A DNA stretch of 64,000 bases from Dehalococcoidia bacterium. Its GTDB lineage: Bacteria > Chloroflexota > Dehalococcoidia > Bin125. Under the pieces are notes generated by a model, which saw only the letters and a list, made by a program, of their open reading frames with translations, was not told the origin of the DNA and searched no databases. The DNA is taken from positions 2,272,001 to 2,336,000 of the forward strand of contig OY820591.1 of assembly GCA_963555985.3 (NCBI GenBank). The letters are read 5' to 3'. Shown here piece after piece: positions 19,314 to 29,270 of the stretch (the first letter of the stretch is position 1; every line of letters starts with the position of its first letter). The position numbers and the translations under genes are program-made.

Positions 19314-19712
19314 ATGGGACTAGAGCACATTCGCCCTGACGGATTGGTCAACCTGCCGACCTACACACAGGTCGTGTCTGCGACCGGCACGAAGACGATC
19401 TACATCTCGGGGCAGGTCGCATGGGATGACGAGGCCGGAGTCGTCGGCGCAGGCGACCTCGCCGTCCAGGCGAAGAAGGCCTACGAGAACCTCGCGGTCG
19501 CGCTCGAAGCGGCGGGCGCGATGCCGGCCGACGTGGCCAAGATGAACGTCTATATCGTGAACTATGACCCGTCGATGGTCCGGGCGTGGAACGACGCACG
19601 GAAGGCCTTCTTCGAAGGCACGACAGCACCCGCGACGACCTTGATTGGCGTACAAGCCCTGGCGGCGCCGGAGCTGATGATCGAGGTTGAGGCGATCGCG
19701 GTGTTGGACTGA
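19314..19712 (+). CDS. RidA/YjgF family protein
   Basis: YISGQV and PATTLIGVQALAAPELMIEVEAIA motifs. Confidence 0.92.
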   Translation: MGLEHIRPDGLVNLPTYTQVVSATGTKTIYISGQVAWDDEAGVVGAGDLAVQAKKAYENLAVALEAAGAMPADVAKMNVYIVNYDPSMVRAWNDARKAFFEGTTAPATTLIGVQALAAPELMIEVEAIAVLD

Positions 19713-19771
19713 TTCCTCTCCCTCTCCCTGAGGGAGAGGGAACAGGTCCCCGCTCGGGGGCGGGGACGGAG
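19713..19771. repeat. REP-like palindrome
   Basis: CCCTCTCCCTGAGGGAGAGGG followed by GTCCCCGC...GCGGGGAC. Confidence 0.7.
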
Positions 19772-19791
19772 ATTTCGGAAAGGAAACCGTG

Positions 19792-20208
19792 ATGGGCAAG
19801 ATTTCACTTGAGGATCGGTTTGCGATCATCGACCTCTGCTCGGTCTACAACTACACCGTCGACCAGGCCGACGGTGAGGGCTGGGCGGCGACGTTCACCG
19901 AGGACGGCATCTTCAACGGGCCGGCCGGACAGGCCGAGGGACGCGAGGCGCTGGTCGCGTTCTGCGGCCAGCTTGCCGAGGCGTTCCCGGGCGGGATGCA
20001 CTTCACCGACAACCATCTCTTCGAGCTCGATGGAGACACCTGCCGGCACAAGTGCTTCCTCGACTTCAAGGTCCCGTCGCCGGACGGATCCGTAGCCTCC
20101 GTGCTACTCGGCTACGAGGACATCCTGGTCAAGGTCGACGGCGAGTGGCTGTTCAAGCGCCGCGACGTCGTCTCAGTGACCGGCTACCAGCAGTCGTTGC
20201 CTGAGTAG
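19792..20208 (+). CDS. SnoaL/NTF2-like protein
   Basis: EDRFAIIDL..YNYTVD, WAATFTEDG and YEDILVKVDGEWLFKRR motifs. Confidence 0.9.
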   Translation: MGKISLEDRFAIIDLCSVYNYTVDQADGEGWAATFTEDGIFNGPAGQAEGREALVAFCGQLAEAFPGGMHFTDNHLFELDGDTCRHKCFLDFKVPSPDGSVASVLLGYEDILVKVDGEWLFKRRDVVSVTGYQQSLPE

Positions 20209-20313
20209 CCAACCGACCCGCACGACCGCGGCAGATGCCAAGCTGCGTTGGCTGTGTCTAGAGTGGAGTGAAAACCGCCGTACGCCGAATCTTGTCGACT
20301 TGAGAGTGCCGCC

Positions 20314-21645
20314 GTGGTTGATCAGTCGAACGAGCGTCAGCGTGGAGTACGCCGACTCGTAGCGGGCGGCATCAGCAGGGCAGCCGACATGCCGGGGCTG
20401 ACTCGCTCAGCTCCCTCGCTTCGCAGGTGTGCGGTCTGGATCCTACTCGCCATCGCGTGCAGCCTCCTGGTCCAGACATGCAGCTCGCAGAACCTACATC
20501 CCTCATCACAGCCGCCGATTGAGGCTGCGATAACCGAATCGGTAACGCAATCTCCAGAGCCGAAGCCAGCCGAAACTGAGCGCGATCCCGTCACTCCCTC
20601 CCAGCCCGCAACAAGCGGGGATGATATTGGAGGCGGCAACCCGCCTGCCCTGAGCGAGCTGGACAAAGACGCGAAACGCCCTGTGGTCGATACGACCGGC
20701 GCTGACAGCGAGCACAGACGAGACGCACGGCGTGTCGCAGCGACCGCTGCATTGCGGTATCGGCCTCAGGACAACGACAGCAACCGCCCGCAGGGTGACC
20801 CGAACGTTGCCGCGATCGCTCTCGACACGCCCAAGCGAACGCCTTTGGCTGATGCGGCTCTGAGCGAGGAGGTTGAGACGGCGACAGTTTCAGACGTGCA
20901 CGACCAGCACGCAGGTGACGCACCGCTGGTATCCGTCTCCGACACCGTGTTTACGCATCCCTTCGACGCCTGGGATCCGCCTTGGACGGGCATCCCGGCA
21001 AACTCCGAAGCGAAGGTGATCGCCGCCGCCGTCCCGGCCGGGCCTCACTGGCCAACGAAGCCCGCAACCCATGCAGCTGACGGCAGCCCTCTGATCTATC
21101 TCACCTTCGACGACGGACCGCACGAGGTCTGGACACCGCGGGTGTTGGAGGCACTGGCGGACTACGGCGCGATTGCCACTTTCTTCGTTACCGGAGCGCA
21201 CACGACCGAGCATCCCGAGCTAGTCGCCCGTACCGCGTCGGCAGGACACGGAATTGAGAATCACACCTACAACCATCTGCGCCTGGACGAGCTGGATGCA
21301 GACACGTTCCGCGCAGAGGTACAGCGAACCGATCGCGCCATCCAGGCGGCGCTCGGCGCCGACGCCCGCCCGGTCACCTGCCTACGAGCGCCCTTCGGCG
21401 CGTTCAACGACGAGACCGGCATTCGCGCCAGAGAACTCGGCAAGTGGTTGATTGGCTGGGACTACAGCCCGCAGGACTGGCTTGAGCAGGATCCGGTCAA
21501 ACTCGCAGCGGACACGCTCGCACATGCGCGGCCCGGCTCGATCTTGCTCTTCCACGACACCAATCGGGGCACGGCGGAGGCGCTGCCCGCCATCCTCACT
21601 GAACTCTCCCAGCGTGGGTATCAGTTCGCACTACTCTGCGAGTAA
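20314..21645 (+). CDS. Polysaccharide deacetylase (NodB homology) with membrane anchor and low-complexity linker; start uncertain
   Basis: LTFDDGP, NHTYNH, RAPFG and LFHD motifs. Confidence 0.85.
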   Translation: MVDQSNERQRGVRRLVAGGISRAADMPGLTRSAPSLRRCAVWILLAIACSLLVQTCSSQNLHPSSQPPIEAAITESVTQSPEPKPAETERDPVTPSQPATSGDDIGGGNPPALSELDKDAKRPVVDTTGADSEHRRDARRVAATAALRYRPQDNDSNRPQGDPNVAAIALDTPKRTPLADAALSEEVETATVSDVHDQHAGDAPLVSVSDTVFTHPFDAWDPPWTGIPANSEAKVIAAAVPAGPHWPTKPATHAADGSPLIYLTFDDGPHEVWTPRVLEALADYGAIATFFVTGAHTTEHPELVARTASAGHGIENHTYNHLRLDELDADTFRAEVQRTDRAIQAALGADARPVTCLRAPFGAFNDETGIRARELGKWLIGWDYSPQDWLEQDPVKLAADTLAHARPGSILLFHDTNRGTAEALPAILTELSQRGYQFALLCE

Positions 21646-21689
21646 GCGAACGCCCGCGCCTGGTTTAGCTCCGGATCGGGTGCGCGGCG

Positions 21690-23348
21690 CTACATCCGAA
21701 ACACCCCAAAGTCCGACGCCGGAATCGGCGCATTCAGCGCCGCCGCCAGACCGACTCCCAGCGCCGCCCGAGTGTCGAGCGGATCCAGAATGCCGTCGTC
21801 CCAGATTCGGGCGCTGCCGTAATAAGCGGAGCCTTCCTCCTCATACTTGGCCAGCGTGGGGGCCATGAACTCGCGCTGCTCCTCGCCGTTCATCGACTGC
21901 CCTCGCCGCGCCAGCCCGTCCATCCGGATCGTCAGCAGCACGTTCGCCGCCTGCTCGCCGCCCATCACCGACACCCGCGCATTCGGCCAGCCCCACAGCA
22001 GCCGCGGCGAGTACGCCCGTCCGCACATCGCATAGTTACCGGCCCCGAACGATCCCCCCAACACCAGCGAGAACTTCGGCACTTCGGCGCAGGCCACTGC
22101 CGTCACCATCTTTGCGCCATGCTTCGCAATCCCCTCGTGCTCGTAGCGGCGGCCCACCATGAAACCCGTGATGTTCTGCAAGAACAGCAGCGGAATCTTG
22201 CGCTTTGAGCACAATTGAATGAAATGCGCCCCCTTGAGCGCCGACTCGGAGAACAGAATCCCGTTGTTCGCCACAATCCCAACCGGATAGCCCTGAATCC
22301 GGGCAAACCCGCAGACCAGCGTCGCCCCATACGACGGCTTGAACTCGTGCAGCCGCGAGCCGTCCACGATCCGCGCGATCACCTCCCGCACGTCGTACGA
22401 CTTGCGCGTCGACTGCGGCACGACGCCGTAGATCTCCTCCGGGTCGTACAACGGAGCCTCAATCTCGTCCGGCGGGGTGATTGGCCACGGGGAGGGCGGA
22501 CGTTCGGCGCCGAGATTGGCGACCGCAGCACGGACCAGTTCAAGCGCGTGCTCGTCGTCCTCAGCGAGATGATCGGCGACACCGGAGATCTGCGTGTGGA
22601 CCAGTCCGCCCCCGAGGTCTTCGGCCGAGATCTGCTCGCCGGTGGCGGCCTGGACGAGCGGCGGCCCGCCCAAGAAGATCGTTCCCACGCCATCCACGAT
22701 CACCGCCTCATCGCTCATCGCCGGCACGTATGCGCCGCCCGCCGTGCATGAACCCATCACCGCCGCAATCTGCGCGATCCCCTGCGCCGACATCCGCGCC
22801 TGGTTGTAGAAGATGCGCCCAAAGTGATCGCGGTCGGGGAACACTTCCGCCTGCAAGGGCAGAAAGGCACCGCCCGAGTCAACCAGATACACGCAAGGCA
22901 GATGATTCTGCTCCGCGATCTCCTGTGCGCGCAGGTGCTTCTTGACCGTGATCGGGTAGTAGGAACCGCCCTTCACCGTCGCGTCGTTGGCGACGATCAT
23001 CACCTCACGCCCCGCGACGCGGCCAATCCCCGTCACGATCCCCGCACCCGGAGCTTCGTTGCCGTACACCTCCCAGGCCGCCAGTGGCGAGAGTTCGAGA
23101 AACGGTGACGAATGGTCAAGCAGGCGCTCGATCCGTTCGCGGGCGAGTAGCTTGCCGCGTCCGTGGTGACGGTCGACCGAGCGCGGGCCGCCGCCGGCGC
23201 GCACGCTGGCTTCTCGTTCGCGCAGTTCTTCGACCAGCCCACGCATCCAAGCCGCGTTCTCCTGAAATTCGGGCGAGGCCGTGTCTACCGAAGTCGGCAG
23301 CGGCAGAGCCGCCTCGATTCGTTCCCCCAACTCATGCGCCTGGCTCAT
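21690..23348 (-). CDS. Acyl-CoA carboxylase carboxyltransferase subunit (methylcrotonyl-CoA carboxylase beta-like)
   Basis: [24 protein letters not shown] and SVMGGEQAA motifs; ends FGVFRM. Confidence 0.95.
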   Translation of the reverse strand: MSQAHELGERIEAALPLPTSVDTASPEFQENAAWMRGLVEELREREASVRAGGGPRSVDRHHGRGKLLARERIERLLDHSSPFLELSPLAAWEVYGNEAPGAGIVTGIGRVAGREVMIVANDATVKGGSYYPITVKKHLRAQEIAEQNHLPCVYLVDSGGAFLPLQAEVFPDRDHFGRIFYNQARMSAQGIAQIAAVMGSCTAGGAYVPAMSDEAVIVDGVGTIFLGGPPLVQAATGEQISAEDLGGGLVHTQISGVADHLAEDDEHALELVRAAVANLGAERPPSPWPITPPDEIEAPLYDPEEIYGVVPQSTRKSYDVREVIARIVDGSRLHEFKPSYGATLVCGFARIQGYPVGIVANNGILFSESALKGAHFIQLCSKRKIPLLFLQNITGFMVGRRYEHEGIAKHGAKMVTAVACAEVPKFSLVLGGSFGAGNYAMCGRAYSPRLLWGWPNARVSVMGGEQAANVLLTIRMDGLARRGQSMNGEEQREFMAPTLAKYEEEGSAYYGSARIWDDGILDPLDTRAALGVGLAAALNAPIPASDFGVFRM

Positions 23349-23461
23349 AGCTCGCCCTGCCCTCTCAACGGCGACACTCCAGCCGCCTGCGGGCAAGGCT
23401 AACGCTGGCGCGCGGCGCTCTACACTCCCCGAAACGCAACCGTCCAGGTTAGGAGAGACCC

Positions 23462-24406
23462 ATGCCCGCCCAACTCGCTAACGGAGACTTCACCTACACC
23501 GCCCTCGACCTCTGGGAGCAACTGCCCGACGGCGTCACCCTGGTCGAATCGCCCGGCGTCGCCGTCGCTCCCGACGACACCGTGTACGTCCTCACCCGCA
23601 ACGTCGAGCACCCGGTGATGGTCTTCGACGCCGACGGCAGCTGGCGCGGGAGTTGGGGCCAGGGCAACTTCACCGACCGCTCCCACGGCATCTGGATCGG
23701 ACCGGAGGGCGATGTCTGGGGCGCCGACGACGGTACCCACACGATCACCCGCTGGTCGCCCGACGGGGAACTCCTGCAAACCCTCGGCGATCCCTACAAC
23801 CCCGCTCCGGCTTGGGGCGGCAAGCCGTTCAACCGCCCCACCCACGCGGCGGTCTCGCCGGTCAGCGGCGACATCTTCGTCACCGACGGCTACGGCAACA
23901 GCTGCGTCCACCGCTTCGACGCCGACGGCAATCACAAGCAGACCTGGGGCACGCCCGGCATTGACGCGGGACAATTCATCCGTCCGCACAACATCGCCAT
24001 CGACGACGACGGCCTGCTCTACATCGCCGACCGCGAGTGCCACCGCGTCCAGATCTTCAGCGAGAGCGGCCAGTTCGTGACGATGTGGAACAACATCCAC
24101 CGCCCCGACGGCCTCACGCTCGCGCCCGACGGCAACATCTACATCGGCGAACTGAACGAGATGGGCGGCATGGCCGACGCCCCCGGCCTCGGCCACCGGG
24201 TCAGCATCTACGACCGCTCCGGCAACCGTCTCGCCCTGCTGGGAGATGCCGATGAGGGCGAGGAAGCCGGCAAGTTCATCGCCCCCCACGGCATCGCCGT
24301 AGACAGCAAGGGCGACGTCTACGTCGGCGAGGTCTGCAACACGATTCGGGGGAAGGCGTTAGGGATGGAGTTGCACAGTCTCAAGAAGCTGGTGCGGGAG
24401 GGTTAG
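23462..24406 (+). CDS. NHL-repeat beta-propeller (PAL-like) protein
   Basis: [26 protein letters not shown] and [10 protein letters not shown] repeats. Confidence 0.9.
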   Translation: MPAQLANGDFTYTALDLWEQLPDGVTLVESPGVAVAPDDTVYVLTRNVEHPVMVFDADGSWRGSWGQGNFTDRSHGIWIGPEGDVWGADDGTHTITRWSPDGELLQTLGDPYNPAPAWGGKPFNRPTHAAVSPVSGDIFVTDGYGNSCVHRFDADGNHKQTWGTPGIDAGQFIRPHNIAIDDDGLLYIADRECHRVQIFSESGQFVTMWNNIHRPDGLTLAPDGNIYIGELNEMGGMADAPGLGHRVSIYDRSGNRLALLGDADEGEEAGKFIAPHGIAVDSKGDVYVGEVCNTIRGKALGMELHSLKKLVREG

Positions 24407-24440
24407 TGCTCAGGCCTTCGAAGCGGCTAGAGTCGCAGTC

Positions 24441-25109
24441 ATGGCTGCGCTCGTTCCTGCAAGACCAAAGGTCTACCACATCGTCCACGTGGATCGGCTG
24501 GCCTCCATCATCGCCACTGGCGTGCTGGTCAGCGACGTTGTGACGACAGGAGGCAATTTTCCAGGCACGACGATCGGCATGAAGGGCATAAAGGAGCGTC
24601 GTCGCAACCTGGGGCTGCACAGCCAACCTGGGCTCCGCGTGGGCGAATGCGTTCCGTTCTATTTCTGCCCTCGCAGCGTAATGCTCTATGTCATTGCTCG
24701 TCGCAACCACGAGAATCTCGACTATCGCGGCGGTGAGAGTCCGATCCTCCACCTTGAAGCCGACCTCTATGACTCCGTCGCTTGGGCAGATGCGCGTGGT
24801 TACCGGTGGGCCTTCACGACCGGAAATGCTGGATCGCACTACTTCCAAGACTATGCCGATCTTTCAGAACTGCACCGGATCGACTGGGATGCCATCGCGA
24901 CGCACTCTTGGTCTGCGGTACGCGACGAGAAACAGGCCGAATAGCTCGTTGAGGAACAGTTCCCCTGGACTCTGGTTTCCCGGATTGGGTGTCGCACTGA
25001 GGCGACTTGGCGACGAACTGTCAACGCGGTTATGGAGTCTCAACACAGACCTTCCGTTCGGGTTATGCTTGACTGGTACTACAACCTCGACGACAGGGCA
25101 TCACGATGA
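24441..25109 (+). pseudogene. darT: DarT (DUF4433) DNA ADP-ribosyltransferase toxin with in-frame TAG at 24942-24944
   Basis: YHIVHVDRL, VPFYFCPRSVMLY, KQAE*LVEEQFPW..VSRIG and WYY; the extended frame ends in TGA overlapping the darG ATG. Confidence 0.88.
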
Positions 25110-26152
25110 TCGAGTTCAAGACCGGCGACATTTTTGCCGAAGACGCCGAGGCGCTCGTCAACAGCGTCAACTGCGTCGGCGTGATGGGGCGAGGCGTCGC
25201 TCTCCAGTTCAAGAACACTTTCCCTGAGAATTTCCAAGCCTATCGCTCAGCCTGCGATCGAGGGGAAGTGCAGCCCGGAGCGATGTTCGTCTTTGAGTCA
25301 CGGACACTTGGGAACCCGCGCTACATCATCAACTTCCCAACCAAGCGGCATTGGCGCAGTAAGAGCCGAATGACCGACATCGAAGCGGGACTCGCGGCGC
25401 TCGCGGACGAGATTCGAGCTCGAGGTATTCGCTCTGTCGCGCTCCCCCCTCTGGCCACCGGGCTTGGCGGATTGAGTTGGGCACAAGTGCGCCCGGCAAT
25501 CGAGAACGCCTTGCGGGACCTCAATGAGGTTCGTGTCACAGTGTTTGAGCCCGGCAGCGTTCCTGCCGACGGACGGCCGAACCGTTCTCGCACCGCGCCA
25601 AAAATGACTGTCGCTTCGGCTGTCCTGATCGGACTCATGGACCGCTACTTGCGCGGGTTATTGGACCCGTTCGTCACGCTTCTTGAGATTCACAAGCTGA
25701 TGTATTTCTTGCAGGAAGCAGGCGAACCACTGCGGCTTGACTACCGGAAGGCCGCGCACGGACCCTATGCGCCAAAACTGCGATTCGTCATGCGCGCCCT
25801 TGAGGGACATTACACGATCGGATACCGCGACGGCGGTGACGCGCCAACGAAAGAAATCCGGCTGGTCCCCGGCGCCACCCAAGACGCCATGCAATTCCTC
25901 GAAACCAAGCCCGATACCCGTGAGCGATTCGCGCGAGTCAGCGAGCTCGTAGACGGCTTTGAGTCCAGCTTTGGGCTTGAGCTTCTATCCACCGTGCACT
26001 GGGTTGCTATGCAACATCCGACAGCAACTGACGAAGCGCTGATCGAATTCACGTACGGATGGGGTCGTCACAAACGCAAGTTCGCGCCACGACAGATTCG
26101 GTTGGCCTTGTCCCACCTTCGCCAACACGGCTGGCTGCTTGAAGCGAGTTAG
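25106..26152 (+). CDS. darG: DarG macrodomain antitoxin
   Basis: GDIF, NSVNCVGVMGRGVALQFK, INFPTKRHW, KLMYFLQ and GLELLSTVHW motifs. Confidence 0.93.
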   Translation: MIEFKTGDIFAEDAEALVNSVNCVGVMGRGVALQFKNTFPENFQAYRSACDRGEVQPGAMFVFESRTLGNPRYIINFPTKRHWRSKSRMTDIEAGLAALADEIRARGIRSVALPPLATGLGGLSWAQVRPAIENALRDLNEVRVTVFEPGSVPADGRPNRSRTAPKMTVASAVLIGLMDRYLRGLLDPFVTLLEIHKLMYFLQEAGEPLRLDYRKAAHGPYAPKLRFVMRALEGHYTIGYRDGGDAPTKEIRLVPGATQDAMQFLETKPDTRERFARVSELVDGFESSFGLELLSTVHWVAMQHPTATDEALIEFTYGWGRHKRKFAPRQIRLALSHLRQHGWLLEAS

Positions 26153-26886
26153 TGCCCAACGCGATAGCGCAGGAACAACTCTCCAGTTGTTCCCCGCGCC
26201 GCCGCCAGCAAATCGAGACTCACCAGCTCGCTACGCACTGCCTCTCCCTCCCACTGCACCGCTCCGTGCCCGACCTCGCCGCCCACTACCCTCGGCGCAA
26301 GCGTCAGAAAGTACTCGTCGACCAACCCCAGACGCATCAGCGACCCGTTCAAGGCAGCCCCACCCTCCACCAGCACCCGCTTGGCGCCGAGCTCTGCTTG
26401 CATGTGCGCCAGCGCCGCCGCAACTTCATTCCCCGACGGCACGTTGATGACTGGCCTTCCTCGTGACTCGAGGGCCTGCCGAACTTCTCTCGGGGCTGCG
26501 TCGGAGAGATAGACCACCGCCTCGAACGACTGATCCGTGAAGAAGCGGCGTTCCGGAGGGAGGTTGCCGCTGCGGGTGATGACAGCGGCGATTGGGGTTC
26601 GTGACATGCCGCGGGACAGACGCCATTGCTCAAGGTCTTCGCGGTTGAGGCGGGCGGAGGTACCGCTGGCGCGGAAGGTGCCGCCGCCGTTGACGACGAC
26701 GTCGAAGTGGACGCGGAGCTCTCGCATGAGGCGTTGGTCGGTCTCCGAGCCGAGGCCGCGTTCGGTGCCTTCCACTACCGTCTGTCCGTCCGCCGACATG
26801 ACCATGTTGACCGCCACGTAGGGCCGATCGGCGGGCGGCGGCGGAAACTCGAGTCCGGTGTAGTCGAGAGGCTGGTCGGACATCAT
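26149..26886 (-). CDS. RibD C-terminal/DHFR-fold reductase
   Basis: RPYVAVNMVMSADG, VEGGAALNG and LVDEYFLTLAP motifs. Confidence 0.9.
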   Translation of the reverse strand: MMSDQPLDYTGLEFPPPPADRPYVAVNMVMSADGQTVVEGTERGLGSETDQRLMRELRVHFDVVVNGGGTFRASGTSARLNREDLEQWRLSRGMSRTPIAAVITRSGNLPPERRFFTDQSFEAVVYLSDAAPREVRQALESRGRPVINVPSGNEVAAALAHMQAELGAKRVLVEGGAALNGSLMRLGLVDEYFLTLAPRVVGGEVGHGAVQWEGEAVRSELVSLDLLAAARGTTGELFLRYRVGH

Positions 26887-26908
26887 CCGCTCATGCTAGG
26901 TTCGGCTC

Positions 26909-27151
26909 ATGGCGGAGCATGATCAGGTCGAGCACGACGACGAGCCTGAGGACGAGGAAACTCCATCGCGCGAGTTTCCGATCGGGCCAACGGCTCGTTT
27001 CACGATCGGCGGCAAACCGGTCGTGCTGGACGACTTCATCGATATCACGACCGGCGACCTCGCCAGCCGCCCTCGCATCGAACCAGTCGAACAGCCCCCG
27101 CCGGTACCCAAAGCAGTCGTCTGGAACGCCCGCCGCCCGCTGGACGACTAG
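26909..27151 (+). CDS. Hypothetical protein (80 aa, acidic N-terminus)
   Basis: Fills the gap between two minus-strand genes; host-like codon usage. Confidence 0.55.
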   Translation: MAEHDQVEHDDEPEDEETPSREFPIGPTARFTIGGKPVVLDDFIDITTGDLASRPRIEPVEQPPPVPKAVVWNARRPLDD

Positions 27152-27537
27152 CCCTCATCGTCGCGACGAAGTTCGGCGTACTCCCCGGCCGAAAGCAACC
27201 CCTCCGCGACCTTGCTGACCTCAATCTCAAGCAGCCAGGCGAGCTCATAGGGCGATTCATTCACCAGTTCCGGCCGCTCAATCGCCGCCTCGTTGCGCGC
27301 AATCACCCGCCCGGAGGCCGGAGACACCAGATCGATCACTGCCTTGGCCGACTCGATCACCCCAAAGGCCTGGCCCAGGTCGAGCCGCGAACCAGGCGCT
27401 GGAAGTTCGAGATAGACCACATCCCCCAGCTGATCCTGCGCATAGTCAGTCACACCCAGGCGGCGAATATCGCCGCTTGCACTGAGCCAGAGATCGTCGT
27501 CGGTGTAGCAGAGGCTGTCCGGTGTCTCGAACTCCAT
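27148..27537 (-). CDS. gcvH: Glycine cleavage H-like lipoyl carrier protein
   Basis: GVTDYAQDQLGDVVYLELP, ESAKA lipoyl-Lys and VNESPY motifs. Confidence 0.92.
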   Translation of the reverse strand: MEFETPDSLCYTDDDLWLSASGDIRRLGVTDYAQDQLGDVVYLELPAPGSRLDLGQAFGVIESAKAVIDLVSPASGRVIARNEAAIERPELVNESPYELAWLLEIEVSKVAEGLLSAGEYAELRRDDEG

Positions 27538-27543
27538 TGCCGC

Positions 27544-28014
27544 TCAGTTGTCCCCGTAGTCCGCTTCCCAGGTGATCTCGATCGCGTCTTTGACGCTCTC
27601 GTGCGCCGGACAGCCGGCGGCATGGAACTTGACCGCGCGGTCGGCGGCGGCGCGCTGGTCCTCCGATATGTCGGGCAGGTGGAAGACGACGTGGATCTTG
27701 GTGATGTGGATCGTCCGGTTGTCGTCGCCCTCGATCGTGCCCAAGACATCAGCCTTGTACGTGTTGGGGTCGAACTCGACCTTGCGCGCGGACAACGCCC
27801 GCGCGAGGGTGCCGTACATTCAACCGCCCACCGCAGCCACGATGTGGTCAAGCGTCGCCGCCACCGGCGGCGCTTCGGCGGGTACGCCGTAGTGCTCCTT
27901 GAGCTTGCCCTGCACGCCGTAGACGACCGGCTCAGGCACATCGCCGAGCGTCGCGTGGCGCATCCCGTTGCGGAGTTCGAGCTTGTTGCGGGAGATGTAT
28001 TCGAAGCGGGCCAT
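27544..28014 (-). CDS. OsmC-like selenoprotein (Sec at TGA 27822-27820), 156 aa
   Basis: Two abutting in-frame ORFs; LDHIVAAVGG-U-MYGTL occupies the OsmC peroxidatic Cys position; second Cys in GCPAHESV. Confidence 0.88.
27785..27805 (-). promoter_or_regulatory. Candidate bacterial SECIS hairpin
   Basis: CGCGCGGGC-GTT-GTCCGCGCG stem 14 nt after the UGA; G-initiated loop. Confidence 0.7.
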
Positions 28015-28032
28015 CTGAGACTCCTGAGTCCG

Positions 28033-29205
28033 TTAGCTGCTCGCCAGTAGGGTACGCATTCTGTCGACGCCTTCGACGATCTCCTCCAGCGAGGCGGCGT
28101 AGCTGAAACGCAGGTAGCCTTCGCCGAGGTGTCCGAAGCTGGTGCCAGCGATCACGGCGAGTCCGGCTTCTTCGAGCAGGCGTTCCTGGAGCGTGCGCGC
28201 GTCGATGCCGGTCTGGGCGATGTTGGGGAAGGCGTAGAACGCGCCGAGCGGGTTGACGCAGCTGACGCCAGGCACATCGTTGAGTTCCTTGACGATGACT
28301 TTGCGGCGCTCGTCGAAGGCGGTGGTCATGATGTCGACCGCTTCCTGCGGACCGTCGAGCGCCTCGATCGCGGCGTACTGCGTGGCGGCGTTGGGGCAGG
28401 AGTAGCTGTTGATCGCCAGCCGCTCGGCGAAGGGGAAAAGGCCGGGCGGGAAGACGCCGAAGCCCAGCCGCCAACCGGTCATGGCATAGGTCTTGCTCCA
28501 GCCGTCGAGCACGATCAGGCGGTCGCGGAGCTGCGGATAGTTGAGCCAGGAGGTGTGTTCGAGACCTTCGTAGAGGATGCGTGAGTAGATCTCGTCGCTG
28601 AGGATGACGACGTTCGGCCACTGTTCAAGGCCCTCGACCAGGCGCTCGACCTGATCGCGGCTGTAGACGCCGCCGGTCGGGTTGGCCGGGCTGTTGAGGA
28701 TGATCAGGCGGGTGCGCTCGTTGATTTGGCTGAGCACCTGATCGGGATCGAAAGTGAAGCCGCTCGACTCGTGCAACTCGATCGGCACCGGCGTCGCGCC
28801 GGAGAAGCGGATCACCGACTCGTAGATGGGGAAGCCCGGGTTCGGGTACATGATCTCGACGCCCGGCTCGCCCATCAGCAGGGCGGCGAAGAACATCACC
28901 GGCTTGGCGCCGGGGGTGATCAGGACTGATTCGGGATCGACCTCTGCGCCGTGGCGGCGTTGGAGATCACGGGCGACGGCCTCGCGCAGCTCCGGGATGC
29001 CCGCCCCGGGCGTGTAGCCGTGCTTGCCCTCGGCGAGAGCTTGGGAACCGGCGTCGACGATATTGTCGGGCGTGGCGAAATCGGGCTGTCCGATGCCGAG
29101 GTTGATGATCGAGCGTCCCTCAGCGGCGAGCTTGTTGGCGCGCGCCAAGACCTCGAACGCGGTCTCAGTCCCCAGGTTCTGCGCTGCGACGGTCGGGAGC
29201 ACCAT
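28033..29205 (-). CDS. PLP-dependent aminotransferase class I/II
   Basis: LGIGQPDF, NSPANPTG, SDEIY and SKTYAMTGWRLG motifs. Confidence 0.95.
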   Translation of the reverse strand: MVLPTVAAQNLGTETAFEVLARANKLAAEGRSIINLGIGQPDFATPDNIVDAGSQALAEGKHGYTPGAGIPELREAVARDLQRRHGAEVDPESVLITPGAKPVMFFAALLMGEPGVEIMYPNPGFPIYESVIRFSGATPVPIELHESSGFTFDPDQVLSQINERTRLIILNSPANPTGGVYSRDQVERLVEGLEQWPNVVILSDEIYSRILYEGLEHTSWLNYPQLRDRLIVLDGWSKTYAMTGWRLGFGVFPPGLFPFAERLAINSYSCPNAATQYAAIEALDGPQEAVDIMTTAFDERRKVIVKELNDVPGVSCVNPLGAFYAFPNIAQTGIDARTLQERLLEEAGLAVIAGTSFGHLGEGYLRFSYAASLEEIVEGVDRMRTLLASS

Positions 29206-29270
29206 GAACAACCTCCGATGGGGTCTAGCCTGACATCCCACGACCTCTCATGATAGGCAGGCCCCGGCGA

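Noticed and set aside
24942-24944. Pyrrolysine decoding of the darT TAG
   Set aside because: No pyl genes in the window, and the position is normally hydrophobic rather than a known Pyl site.
25106-27537. Macrodomain plus GcvH as a SirTM/GcvH-L operon
   Set aside because: The macrodomain is DarG coupled to darT on the opposite strand; no sirtuin or lipoate ligase is present.
2128-28014. Genome-wide TGA reassignment (Trp/Gly) as the explanation for in-frame TGAs
   Set aside because: Many genes end properly at TGA, and the three internal TGAs fall only at catalytic Cys positions with downstream hairpins.
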